Shown piece after piece: positions 8,984-18,807 of a stretch of DNA of 64,000 nucleotides (position 1 is its first letter; the number at the start of each line of letters is the position of its first letter). The notes below the pieces were generated by a model. It was given only the letters and a program-made list of their open reading frames with translations. It was not told where the DNA came from and searched no databases. Origin of the DNA: Gemmatales bacterium. Its GTDB lineage: Bacteria > Planctomycetota > Planctomycetia > Gemmatales > HRBIN36. Made by a program: the position numbers and the translations under genes. The DNA lies in NCBI GenBank assembly GCA_039809045.1, contig JBDHUG010000012.1:5586-69585 (forward strand), written 5' to 3'.

Positions 8984-10696
8984 ATGGCCCCGACTCGTCT
9001 TAGCTTCCTTCTTTTCCTTACCCTCATGCTGACCTTCACGACCATGGTATGGAGCCAACGTCCGACCCCTGCTCCCTTCCAGGCTGGACGATCCGTGACT
9101 TTCTCTACCCACGGAATGGTGGCTTGTGCCCATCCCCTGGCCGCTCAGATCGGCTTGGACGTGCTCAAACAGGGTGGCAATGCGATGGATGCTGCCATTG
9201 CCGTGAATGCCGCCTTGGGCTTGATGGAGCCAACCTCGTGTGGCATTGGTGGGGACTTATTCGCCATGGTTTGGGATGCCAAAACCCAAAAGCTCTATGG
9301 GTTAAATGCGAGTGGTCGTTCACCCTACAAAGCCACACGTGCGTATTTCCTAGAGAAAGGCTTGAAAGCCATCCCCTACAAAGGCCCCTTGAGTTGGTCC
9401 GTGCCTGGATGTGTTGATGGCTGGGATCAATTAAGACAGCGTTTCGGTACGTGGTCATTCTCGCAATTGCTCAAACCAACGATCCAATACGCCGAAGAGG
9501 GATTTCCCGTAACGGAAGTGATTGCGGGGTATTGGAGAGCTTCTGAACGAACGTTGGCCAGGTCACCCGAAGGCGCGGGCATATTTCTGATCCAAGGTCG
9601 TGCCCCCCGGGCTGGAACTCTGTTTAAGAACCCCTTGTTGGCCAAAAGTTACCGTGAAATCGCTGAGCATGGCCGTGATGGCTATTACAAAGGTCGAATC
9701 GCACAGGATATCGTTGCATTCTCCGAAAAGCAGGGAGGCTTGTTCAGTCTCAAAGACTTCGAAGACCATACGTCCACTTGGGTTGAACCAGTCAGCACCA
9801 ACTATCGCGGTTATGATGTGTGGGAACTGCCCCCCAACGGGCAAGGCATCGCGGCCTTGCAAATGCTCAACATGCTCGAGCCATATGATCTCGCCAAAAT
9901 GGGGCCGAAATCAGCGGATTATTGGCATCTCTTTCTCGAATCCAAAAAACTGGCGTTCGCGGATCGGGCACAGTACTACGCGGATCCGGAATTCTCAAAA
10001 GTTCCTGTCCAGGCCTTGATCAGCAAGCCCTACGCCGAATCACGACGAAAGCTCATCAAGATGGACCAGGCTGCGGTGGGGCTATCTGCTGGGAATCCGC
10101 TAATCGGCCAAAGCGACACGACTTATTTGTGCGTCGTCGATGCACAAAGAAATTGCGTATCCTTAATTCAAAGCAATTATGCAGGTTTTGGCTCAGACTA
10201 TTTCCCGACAGGGCTAGGCTTTGGCTTACAGAACCGCGGTACCCTGTTTAGTCTCGACGAACAACATCCCAATCGTCTGGAACCACACAAGAGACCGTTT
10301 CACACCATCATTCCAGGGTTTGTCACTTATCAGGGTAAACCCTATTTTGTCTTCGGCGTCATGGGCGGCGACATGCAACCTCAAGGTCATGTCCAAGTGT
10401 TAAACAACCTGATCGATTTTAACATGAACGTCCAAGCGGCTGGCGAAGCCCCTAGGCTCGAACATCTGGGTTCCGCAAGCCCAACGGGCACCGCTGAAGA
10501 ACCCCAGGGCGGCCGTGTGGAATATGAAATTGGCCTGGACCCAAAGATTGTGCAAGAATTAACCAAACGCGGCCATGTCATGAAGGAAGTTCGCCGCAAC
10601 GGTGGCGGTTATCAAGGCATACTAATCGACCCAGTCACGAATGTCCTCAAGGGCGGGACCGAAGCTAGAAAAGATGGCATGGCTATTGGCTACTAA
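8984..10696 (+). CDS. ggt: gamma-glutamyltransferase
   Basis: Signal peptide. Autoprocessing/catalytic Thr context (..GQSDTTYLCVVD..) and the GGDMQPQ block typical of Ntn-hydrolase GGTs. 570 aa. Confidence 0.9.
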   Translation: MAPTRLSFLLFLTLMLTFTTMVWSQRPTPAPFQAGRSVTFSTHGMVACAHPLAAQIGLDVLKQGGNAMDAAIAVNAALGLMEPTSCGIGGDLFAMVWDAKTQKLYGLNASGRSPYKATRAYFLEKGLKAIPYKGPLSWSVPGCVDGWDQLRQRFGTWSFSQLLKPTIQYAEEGFPVTEVIAGYWRASERTLARSPEGAGIFLIQGRAPRAGTLFKNPLLAKSYREIAEHGRDGYYKGRIAQDIVAFSEKQGGLFSLKDFEDHTSTWVEPVSTNYRGYDVWELPPNGQGIAALQMLNMLEPYDLAKMGPKSADYWHLFLESKKLAFADRAQYYADPEFSKVPVQALISKPYAESRRKLIKMDQAAVGLSAGNPLIGQSDTTYLCVVDAQRNCVSLIQSNYAGFGSDYFPTGLGFGLQNRGTLFSLDEQHPNRLEPHKRPFHTIIPGFVTYQGKPYFVFGVMGGDMQPQGHVQVLNNLIDFNMNVQAAGEAPRLEHLGSASPTGTAEEPQGGRVEYEIGLDPKIVQELTKRGHVMKEVRRNGGGYQGILIDPVTNVLKGGTEARKDGMAIGY

Positions 10697-13500
10697 TGGT
10701 TTTCGGAATTGCGGATATGGCGTCTCCCTCTGACTCGTCTACCAAACTAAATTCAAGCTCTGATGATGGTCTAGCACCCTTGGCGGGACAGCTGCAGGAC
10801 CGGCCTCTTTCTGCCTCAGAGAATCTGAGTTGGTTTACACCCAATGTGCAAACGGTGGCTGGCTCCGAGACCGCACTCCCTTGGAGCACCTCAACTGCGC
10901 AACCCTTGCCGCAAATCCCCAATTACCGCGTCGATGCCATGATCGGTCGCGGCGGCATGGGGGTGGTCTATAAGGCATTCGATGAAGCTCTGAAACGACC
11001 TGTTGCTATTAAAATGGTCTTGCAGGGCGAGTTTGCCGACGCCAAGGAATTGCAGCGTTTTCGCACGGAAGCCCAAGCCATCGCCCAATTGAGACACCCT
11101 AACATTGTGCAGATTTACAGCATTGGTGAGCTGTCGGGCAGGCCGTTTTTTGCATTGGAATATCTGCCCGGCGGAACGCTTGCCGAACGCATCCAGGGTC
11201 ACGTGCAAGACCCACGCTCGACAGCCACGTTGTTGTGCCAGTTGGCAAGAGCGATACAGCATGCCCATGAGCAGGGCATCGTTCATCGCGATTTAAAACC
11301 CAACAATATCCTGTTTGATTCGGATAACAACCCACACATCACCGACTTTGGATTGGCCAAACTCTTACAAGAACAATCGCAGCTACACGATTCGAAAGTC
11401 AATTCACTGACGCAAACTGGAACCGTCGTCGGCACGCCGCAATACATGGCTCCCGAACAAGCTAGTGGCGGTTCGGCGCCTGTTTCACCAGCCGTCGATA
11501 TTTATGCATTGGGTGTTATCCTTTACGAAATGTTGACAGGCCGTCGACCGTTTGACGCGGTGCATCCCATTGATGTGTTTATCCGCGTCCGAACAGAAGA
11601 CCCTGTAGCCCTTAGTGTTTTACAACCGTCTATTCCCAAAGACCTTGAGACCATATGTCTGAAATGTCTGGCCAAATTGCCGCAACAACGCTACGTGAGC
11701 GCATCGGCATTGGCGGACGACCTTGAGCGTTTCCTTCGCCATGAACCGATTCTGGCTAGTCCTGTTAGCAGATTTGAAAAAGCCATCAAATGGATGCGTC
11801 GTCATCCTTCATGGACGTTGGCTGGCTTGATCTTCCTGCTAAGCCTGGCATCGATCACCATGCTTGTTTGGATTTACACGGATAAACTAGAACAAGCCTT
11901 ACTGGATTTAATCAAGGCAAGGAAAGACGAACAGCAGGAACGCCAACGTGCTGAACACAATCTCAGTCGGGCCATACAAACGATTGAAGAGTTTTTACTT
12001 CGCATTGGCGCGGAGCGGCTTGAGGATGTCCCTTACATGGACGAGATTCGTCGGGACATTTTGCGCGATGCCCTCAATCGCTTCAAAGAGTTGTTCGCTG
12101 ACGAATCAAGCCGCCCGCAACTCAAGCAACAAATTGCAAAATACTTAGTGGTTATGGGAGTTCTTGAGGAGCGCTTGGGCCAATACAAAGAGGCCGAACA
12201 TCACCTTGAAGAAGCTTGGAGCTTGCACGAAGAACTGCTGAAGCAAGACCCCAACAACGAAGCCTGGCAGGATAGTTTAGATACTGCCTTGCACAATTTG
12301 GCACGCACCAAACGTGCTATAGGCAATTATTCCGCTTCGCAGAATGTCGTCACTCGGCTGCAACAACTACGCGAAAATAGGCTGATTCATTTTCCAGACC
12401 GTCTGGATCTGCGTATAGACATGGCCGCTTTGCTCAACGATCACCTGTACCCATTGCATATGGAACAAGGCCGTGACAAAGAGGCCATAGCCGTGCTGAA
12501 GCAAGGATATCAGCAGGTAACCTTGATTCAGACGGATCATCCAAATGAATTCAAAGTACGTCGATTAGCAGTCATGTTGAGTTCCAACCTGGCCAAGGAT
12601 CTCAAGGAAGGCGACCCGTTGTGCCTGTACTATTGCACGCAAGCCCTGGCACAACTCAATAAACTGACGTCAAAACAGGCACGATTGCCCGAATCACTGT
12701 ATCAGCGAGCAGTTGTGGAAAAGCGCTTCGGCGAGTTGCAAGCCAATTTGGGTTTTAAAGAAGATAAGGTGCTGCCCCATTTTGTCACTGCTACGCAAAT
12801 CGCCGATTTATTGGTGCGGGATTACCCTGCCGTTCTCAGATATAAACAGACCTTAGCTTTGTGTTTGGATCGCCAAGCTGAGTATCTTTATCGCTTTCAT
12901 CCTGAATCCATTCTCGAGTGCTTGCAGCTAAGGGAGCGTGCCGAACAATTACTGCTCTCAACTTTAGAGATTCCTGAAAACAACACGCATCTCACGCAGC
13001 ATTTTCTAGCCGGCATCTATCATAATCACTCATCTCTGCTTTACCTTCGCAAAGAATACGGCGCAGCCGTCGATCTCCTGCAAAAATCAATCCATCACCA
13101 GAAAGTAGCCTTGCAATCCTCACCCAACCATTCTGAATACCTGCTCCACCAGAATAATCACTTCCATTTACTTGCCTTAGTCTACATGCACTCGGGCCAA
13201 TTCAAGGAATGTGTGCATTCGATCGAAGCCCTACGCCAACTCATTCCGCGCCATCCTTACTCGGGATTCATCGCGGCCAGGCTGTACATGAACATCTGTG
13301 CCTTTCATTCGAAGTACCAATTCAGTGGAAAAGCCCCAACGGAAATGGAGTGTTTACAGGAAGCGCTATTAGCGCTGCAGGAAGCATACCGAAATGGCTA
13401 TACACTTACCAAACGTGACTTGCAAAACATCGAACTAAAGCAACTGACGCAATGGCCACCGTTCCAAGAGTGGCTGCGTTCGATCCAACTTGAGAAATAA
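10696..13500 (+). CDS. Ser/Thr protein kinase with TM helix and C-terminal TPR-like repeats
   Basis: Hanks kinase motifs GRGGMGVVYKA, VAIK, HRDLKPNNILF, DFGLAK and GTPQYMAPE, then a TM segment and a long helical repeat region. The ATG at 10696 overlaps the ggt stop (TAATG); an alternative ATG lies at 10717. Confidence 0.9.
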   Translation: MVFGIADMASPSDSSTKLNSSSDDGLAPLAGQLQDRPLSASENLSWFTPNVQTVAGSETALPWSTSTAQPLPQIPNYRVDAMIGRGGMGVVYKAFDEALKRPVAIKMVLQGEFADAKELQRFRTEAQAIAQLRHPNIVQIYSIGELSGRPFFALEYLPGGTLAERIQGHVQDPRSTATLLCQLARAIQHAHEQGIVHRDLKPNNILFDSDNNPHITDFGLAKLLQEQSQLHDSKVNSLTQTGTVVGTPQYMAPEQASGGSAPVSPAVDIYALGVILYEMLTGRRPFDAVHPIDVFIRVRTEDPVALSVLQPSIPKDLETICLKCLAKLPQQRYVSASALADDLERFLRHEPILASPVSRFEKAIKWMRRHPSWTLAGLIFLLSLASITMLVWIYTDKLEQALLDLIKARKDEQQERQRAEHNLSRAIQTIEEFLLRIGAERLEDVPYMDEIRRDILRDALNRFKELFADESSRPQLKQQIAKYLVVMGVLEERLGQYKEAEHHLEEAWSLHEELLKQDPNNEAWQDSLDTALHNLARTKRAIGNYSASQNVVTRLQQLRENRLIHFPDRLDLRIDMAALLNDHLYPLHMEQGRDKEAIAVLKQGYQQVTLIQTDHPNEFKVRRLAVMLSSNLAKDLKEGDPLCLYYCTQALAQLNKLTSKQARLPESLYQRAVVEKRFGELQANLGFKEDKVLPHFVTATQIADLLVRDYPAVLRYKQTLALCLDRQAEYLYRFHPESILECLQLRERAEQLLLSTLEIPENNTHLTQHFLAGIYHNHSSLLYLRKEYGAAVDLLQKSIHHQKVALQSSPNHSEYLLHQNNHFHLLALVYMHSGQFKECVHSIEALRQLIPRHPYSGFIAARLYMNICAFHSKYQFSGKAPTEMECLQEALLALQEAYRNGYTLTKRDLQNIELKQLTQWPPFQEWLRSIQLEK

Positions 13501-13694
13501 TGATTCATTTTGTGCATTTAAGCTGGTTAGTTTAGGGATTATTTATCGATTAATCCGCGTGAATCGATCCTGCCGATTGCCATTAGTATTCTGATCAAAC
13601 AAAGCTATCCGAACTTACCGACGATATTTCTCTTTAGGGGAAGCGATACGCCGTTTGCTTGTGCACTTTACTTCCTCAGCGAGGAGATTGGCTC

Positions 13695-14846
13695 ATGATG
13701 GGGCGAACAGTTCCGTGGTTGCTGGTGGGTTGCCTGAGCCTTGGTTTTCATTCGCTCAATATTCACGCACAAGACTCGGCCATGCCTGCGGGAGCAACCA
13801 AGCCAACCACAACAGCACAAATAGACAAGGATGGATCTCTTGTTCTTGTAAATCATACGATCGAACAAACAGCCATCGATCCCTCAACACCCAAGACGCA
13901 ACCCGTTTTCGACTCGCAACCATCGTACAGTATAAGTTTAGCACTGACTCCAACATTGGCGGTTGATTGGTGTCGCGCGCAAATGGGATGGCCTACGCCT
14001 GAATACTATTTGCCCAATTGGGAAAGCGCGGCACGGCACATCGATAGCGCTCTGATCGGCAATCGCATGCGCTTGCGCTGGGATGTCGGCTACGACATGG
14101 AAAGATATGACCGAGCCGAATATTACACAGCCCGCAATCGAGCAAATTTCAATGGTCGTGGCCTGGCCAAGCCGGAAACCAGCATCGACGGCGAGGATTT
14201 GTCGTTGTACCTGGAATCAGCCTTGTCCTCGCGTTTTTCGGTTTTTCTGGAGATGTCGTCACGGTATTTAAACCCCGAGCAAAACAGCAATGCCTTTGGT
14301 GTGGGCGATTTGAATTGCGGTTTCAAGCTCATGTTTGCTGTGGATGAAACCGTCTGGCGTACGTTTCAATTACGTCTGTATACGCCGACCGGCGACCATG
14401 ATCGCGGCATGGGGACGGGACACTGCACGCTTGAACCTGCCTTGCTCATTTTTCAGAAATTGACCCCTCATTTCAATTTAGAGGCAGAACTGCGTGACTG
14501 GATCCCCATCAACGGCACCCTTACCGCAGGCAATGTACTTCGCTACGGACTAGGACTCAGTCACGATCTCATGCACACGAACAACGGTTGGTTGATTCGA
14601 CCCGTCGCCGAAATCGTGGGATGGACCGTGCTGCGTGGCGAGGCCTCCTCGAGTTACCCAGCCGATCAATTAGGTTCATCCTTTAACATCATCTCGGAAA
14701 CCAATCGTGATACGATCATCAACGGTGCTTTAGGCATTCGCTTGGGTTCAGGATCAGCCGATTTCTATCTGGGTTATAGCCGAGCATTAACGGGCCCTGC
14801 CTGGTTTAATAATGCGTTTCATTGTGAATTCCGCATCAACTACTAA
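13695..14846 (+). CDS. putative outer-membrane beta-barrel protein (function unknown)
   Basis: ATG at 13695 is preceded by GAGGAG. Signal peptide (..LSLGFHSLNIHAQD), alternating beta-strand-like sequence and a C-terminal aromatic residue (..FRINY). It resembles the MetA-pathway/transporter-type barrel family, from memory only. Confidence 0.5.
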   Translation: MMGRTVPWLLVGCLSLGFHSLNIHAQDSAMPAGATKPTTTAQIDKDGSLVLVNHTIEQTAIDPSTPKTQPVFDSQPSYSISLALTPTLAVDWCRAQMGWPTPEYYLPNWESAARHIDSALIGNRMRLRWDVGYDMERYDRAEYYTARNRANFNGRGLAKPETSIDGEDLSLYLESALSSRFSVFLEMSSRYLNPEQNSNAFGVGDLNCGFKLMFAVDETVWRTFQLRLYTPTGDHDRGMGTGHCTLEPALLIFQKLTPHFNLEAELRDWIPINGTLTAGNVLRYGLGLSHDLMHTNNGWLIRPVAEIVGWTVLRGEASSSYPADQLGSSFNIISETNRDTIINGALGIRLGSGSADFYLGYSRALTGPAWFNNAFHCEFRINY

Positions 14847-14900
14847 GCGTGTCTTGTGCTCGCGTCGCTTGTTTTTGTTTCAATCCCATCATCAGGCAGG

Positions 14901-17156
14901 ATGGCCTGGAGGCCTTCGTTTATGCGTTGGCGGTTTGTTGTCATCCTGTTGCTCTTGTTTCTGATTGGCTGCAGCCGTTCTTGGTATCGAAGAGATGCCG
15001 ACCGCGAAACGTATCCTGCCATTTTGGAACGCAACGAGCTAACCTGGCAGTTTCCATCCATCAACCTCAGCAAGCCCCCTGCTTCCCGTTTACATGACCC
15101 GTATAACCCCGATCGCTCGCCGAGGCCTCCAGACGATCCCACGGCCAACGGGTACATGCAAAAAGTGTTTCGCTTTAAAGGCTATCGCCATTGGGATGAT
15201 CATGGCGTGCTCGATTCGGTCGAAGACCCTACCTGGCTTGAGTTACTGCAGCGCGAACCCGATGGCACTGTTTTGCTGACACCAGAACGTTCAGTTGAAC
15301 TGGGGCAGCTCAACAGCCGCGAATATCAAACCACGGTTGAAGCACTTTACCTCAATGCATTGAGTTTGACTCTAAACCGCTTCGAGTTCTCTACCCAGTG
15401 GTTTCTAACTGGAGCCTTGTTCTATGATCATTCAGGTGCGAGCAGCTTGCCCAATGAAAGCAATACCCTAAGCCTCAATTCCAACTTTGGCTTCTCCCAG
15501 GCATTTGCTGCTGGAGGCCAATTATTTGTCGATCTGGCCAACTCCATGGTCTGGCAATACACCGGACGGCAAGAATTCATCTCAAGCAATTTGGCCATCA
15601 CCTTTGTGCAACCCCTCTTGCGACGTGCAGGCCGAGAGGTTCGCTTGGAGAGCTTGACCCAAGGTGAGCGTGATCTGCTGTACGCAGTGCGCGATTTTGC
15701 TCGTTTCCGCAAGCAGTTTTATTTAAATGTGGCTGTTATTGGCTACCGCGGTTTGTTGCTTCAATTGCAAAGTATTCGCAATCTCGAATCCAATCTGATC
15801 AGCCAAGAACAGAATCTCCGATTGCACGACGCGCTTTACGCGGCCGGCGAAGTCTCGCTGGTGCAAGTTGATCAGGTCTTTTTGAGTTATCAGCAAGCCA
15901 AGGTAGCCTTGCTGCAGGCACGCACGAATTTAGAAAACAGCTTCGATGGTTACAAGTTTACTCTCGGTTTACCACCCGCTCTGCCCATCCGTTTGGATGA
16001 TGGCTTGTTGCAACCATTTCAGTTCAATTCCAAAGAAATCAGCGACCTGCAAGAGAACCTGGATCAGTTTTTGTCTCGTTATCGCGAAAAAAGTGCGGCA
16101 CCCAACATGGACGAATTGCGGAAAGGATTCGAAGAGTTGCTGAATTTTTACCAGCAAACCGAGATTCAATTCAGAGAAGTCGCTTCAGAACATCAAAATT
16201 GGGCCAAACGCATCGGCTCGAAAGCGCAGCCAGAAAATGACGAAGCACGGCGTGAACTTCAGTCACTAGAGACACTGAAGAAACAGCTCGATTTGGTGGC
16301 GAAGGATATGCCGATCAAATTACGCGCCATTCAAACCGACTTGGGACGACTGCGCGAAGCGAATCGCCAGCAGGATTGGGAACGATTGCAAAGGCGCACG
16401 CGCGAGATGAGTGATTTGGTTTCACAACTATTTGTCATCCAAACGCAAATACGCGTTTTTGCCGTGCAGTTGACCCCTTTCCCGTTCAAGGAGCCTGAAG
16501 CCGTCAGAATTGCGTTGGACCAGCGGTTGGACTTGAAGAATGAGCGAGCGCGCGTGGTCGATGCCTGGCGTAAAATAACGGTGGCCGCGGATGGCTTGGA
16601 ACCGGGTCTCAATCTAGTTGTCAACGCCAATTTAAACAACGAAACCGGCTCCGACCGCTTGTTCGATTTTTCAGCCCAAGCCAGCCGCTACCGTGTCGGC
16701 ATGCAATTCGATGGCCCTTTAAACCGGCAAGCTGAGCGCAATTCGTACCGCGCTAGTTTAATTACCTACCAGCGCGCACGTCGACTCTATATGGCTTCGG
16801 AAGACCAGATTGTGCAGTCGATTCGTAGGAATTTACGGCAGTTGGAAACGGATCGGCTCAATTTCAACATAGCGCGTCAAAGCCTGATTGCAGCGGCCCG
16901 TCAAGTGGAAGCGACACGCGAACGCTTACTTTTGGGTGGACAGAGTGGACCGCAAACCGGTACGCTGGATATATTGCGTGCATTGGACTCCTTATTGGCA
17001 GCCAAACAGACGTTGATTAGCATTTGGGTTAGTTATGAGATAGGGCGGCAGCAACTCTTGTTCGATTTGGAATTGTTGGAACTCGATGATCGAGGATTTT
17101 TCAGCCATGAGTCTCCCTTCGGAAACCCAACCGCTGGAGCATCCCCTGCACCCTAA
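14901..17156 (+). CDS. TolC-family outer membrane efflux protein, unusually long, probable lipoprotein
   Basis: Lipobox-like LFLIGC after a hydrophobic leader (start at 14901 or 14922). Two OEP-type repeat regions are separated by a charged helical segment. About 750 aa versus the usual 450-500. Confidence 0.8.
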   Translation: MAWRPSFMRWRFVVILLLLFLIGCSRSWYRRDADRETYPAILERNELTWQFPSINLSKPPASRLHDPYNPDRSPRPPDDPTANGYMQKVFRFKGYRHWDDHGVLDSVEDPTWLELLQREPDGTVLLTPERSVELGQLNSREYQTTVEALYLNALSLTLNRFEFSTQWFLTGALFYDHSGASSLPNESNTLSLNSNFGFSQAFAAGGQLFVDLANSMVWQYTGRQEFISSNLAITFVQPLLRRAGREVRLESLTQGERDLLYAVRDFARFRKQFYLNVAVIGYRGLLLQLQSIRNLESNLISQEQNLRLHDALYAAGEVSLVQVDQVFLSYQQAKVALLQARTNLENSFDGYKFTLGLPPALPIRLDDGLLQPFQFNSKEISDLQENLDQFLSRYREKSAAPNMDELRKGFEELLNFYQQTEIQFREVASEHQNWAKRIGSKAQPENDEARRELQSLETLKKQLDLVAKDMPIKLRAIQTDLGRLREANRQQDWERLQRRTREMSDLVSQLFVIQTQIRVFAVQLTPFPFKEPEAVRIALDQRLDLKNERARVVDAWRKITVAADGLEPGLNLVVNANLNNETGSDRLFDFSAQASRYRVGMQFDGPLNRQAERNSYRASLITYQRARRLYMASEDQIVQSIRRNLRQLETDRLNFNIARQSLIAAARQVEATRERLLLGGQSGPQTGTLDILRALDSLLAAKQTLISIWVSYEIGRQQLLFDLELLELDDRGFFSHESPFGNPTAGASPAP

Positions 17157-18795
17157 ACAAGCAGCCGAACTGGAACAAACCAGAAATCACACGCTCCACC
17201 AGCAATTAAACAGCCTCGTCTTCAATGAGTTCAATGGTTCATCAACCGTACCTGCCACTCCACTCAAACGTAAAAGAAAACGCCTAAGTTGGCCGATGGT
17301 GATCGCGCTGTTGCTAGCCGCGGCTAGCGGGCTTGGATATTGGTATTGGCCCAATCAAGCCAATGCCTTAGCAGAAGTCACCGTGCGGGCGACCATAGGC
17401 GACATGCAGATTACGGTGACGGAGCGGGCCGACATCGAAAGCGCTTCCACCGTTGACGCTCGGGTGGAGATGGAAGGTGAAGCCAGCAAAATTATTGAAA
17501 TCCTGCCTGAAGGCACAATGGTCACCAAAGGCCAAGTCGTCGTTCGCTTCGATCTGGACAAATTGAATACACAGCTATCCGACCAAACGATCAAAGTCAA
17601 ACAAGCCGAAGGCAAAGCCCGAACTTCTAAAGAAGAGTTGGCCGTTGCAAAAAATAAAGCTGAAAGCGATATCAGCCAAGCCCAACTGAAGCTGGAACTG
17701 GCCATCCTCGATTATGAGCAATATCTCGAAGGCGACTATAAAGTGGAACTCGACAATTTGCGCGGTGAGATCGCACTCTCGGAAAAGGATCTGCTTGAAG
17801 CGAAAGATAAACTGGAAAAATATCGTGACTATTTACGCAAAGGGTTCGGCACACCCGATGAATTGACACGCAAGGAAATGGAAGTCCGCCGATTTGAACA
17901 TTTCCTGGATCGCAATAAAGCCAAATTGTTCGTGTTGGAGAAATTTACACGTAAACGTCAAATCGCGGAACGCAAAGCCAAAGCAGAAGACGCAGAGCGG
18001 GAACTGGAGCGAACGAAAAGCAGCGCCGCCTCTAGCATTGCCAAAGCGGACACGGAATACCAAGCCGCCCTGGTGACGGCTGAGCTGGAAAATCAACGCT
18101 TGGCACGCATTAAAAAGCAATTGGAAGCTGGTGTTATGCGTGCTCCTCAAGACGGCATTCTTGTTTACTTCAAGCGACCTTGGGACATCGACTCACGCAT
18201 TCAACCCGGGGCGATGGTTTTTTATCAACAAACGGTTTTCAGCATTCCCGATCTGACCAAGATGCGGGCCAAACTCAAAATCCATGAGTCGCTCATCAAA
18301 AAAGTTACCAAAGGATTATCTGCCGAAATTCGCACCCCTGCCTTGCCGAATATGGTGCTGCATGGCAAAGTCCAAATGGTCGCCACGCTGGCCGATTCCA
18401 TGGGGTTCTTCGACGAACGCGGCGTCAAGGAATATGTCACCAGCGTCAGCATCGATGATTTACCGACCGATTCTGGCCTGAAACCTGGCATGTCCGCCGA
18501 AGTGCGTATTTTAATAAAAGAGCTAAAATCAGTGGTTCAGCTTCCATTGCAGGCGGTTGCCGAATGGGAAGGCAAGCATTATGTCTTTCTCATTCGTGCG
18601 GGCAAGCCCGTTCGAACCGAAGTAACCATCGGCGAAAACAACGACAAGTTCATCGAAATACGCCAAGGAATTCAGCCTGACGACGAAGTATTGTTAACTG
18701 CACGCAGCAGGCTGATCACTGAAATGAAAAAACTGCAAAGTCAGCAAACAACTTCAACGAGTCCTCTACTTCCAACGTCGTCGAACGCGCATTAA
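17107..18795 (+). CDS. HlyD/MacA-family periplasmic adaptor subunit
   Basis: KRKRKR followed by a TM anchor, a long coiled-coil, and lipoyl/beta-barrel blocks (GQVVVRFD, GILVYF). The 17107 start overlaps the upstream gene by 50 nt; the alternative start at 17296 would remove the positively charged region before the TM anchor. Confidence 0.85.
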   Translation: MSLPSETQPLEHPLHPKQAAELEQTRNHTLHQQLNSLVFNEFNGSSTVPATPLKRKRKRLSWPMVIALLLAAASGLGYWYWPNQANALAEVTVRATIGDMQITVTERADIESASTVDARVEMEGEASKIIEILPEGTMVTKGQVVVRFDLDKLNTQLSDQTIKVKQAEGKARTSKEELAVAKNKAESDISQAQLKLELAILDYEQYLEGDYKVELDNLRGEIALSEKDLLEAKDKLEKYRDYLRKGFGTPDELTRKEMEVRRFEHFLDRNKAKLFVLEKFTRKRQIAERKAKAEDAERELERTKSSAASSIAKADTEYQAALVTAELENQRLARIKKQLEAGVMRAPQDGILVYFKRPWDIDSRIQPGAMVFYQQTVFSIPDLTKMRAKLKIHESLIKKVTKGLSAEIRTPALPNMVLHGKVQMVATLADSMGFFDERGVKEYVTSVSIDDLPTDSGLKPGMSAEVRILIKELKSVVQLPLQAVAEWEGKHYVFLIRAGKPVRTEVTIGENNDKFIEIRQGIQPDDEVLLTARSRLITEMKKLQSQQTTSTSPLLPTSSNAH

Positions 18796-18807
18796 CGATA
18801 ACCCAAC

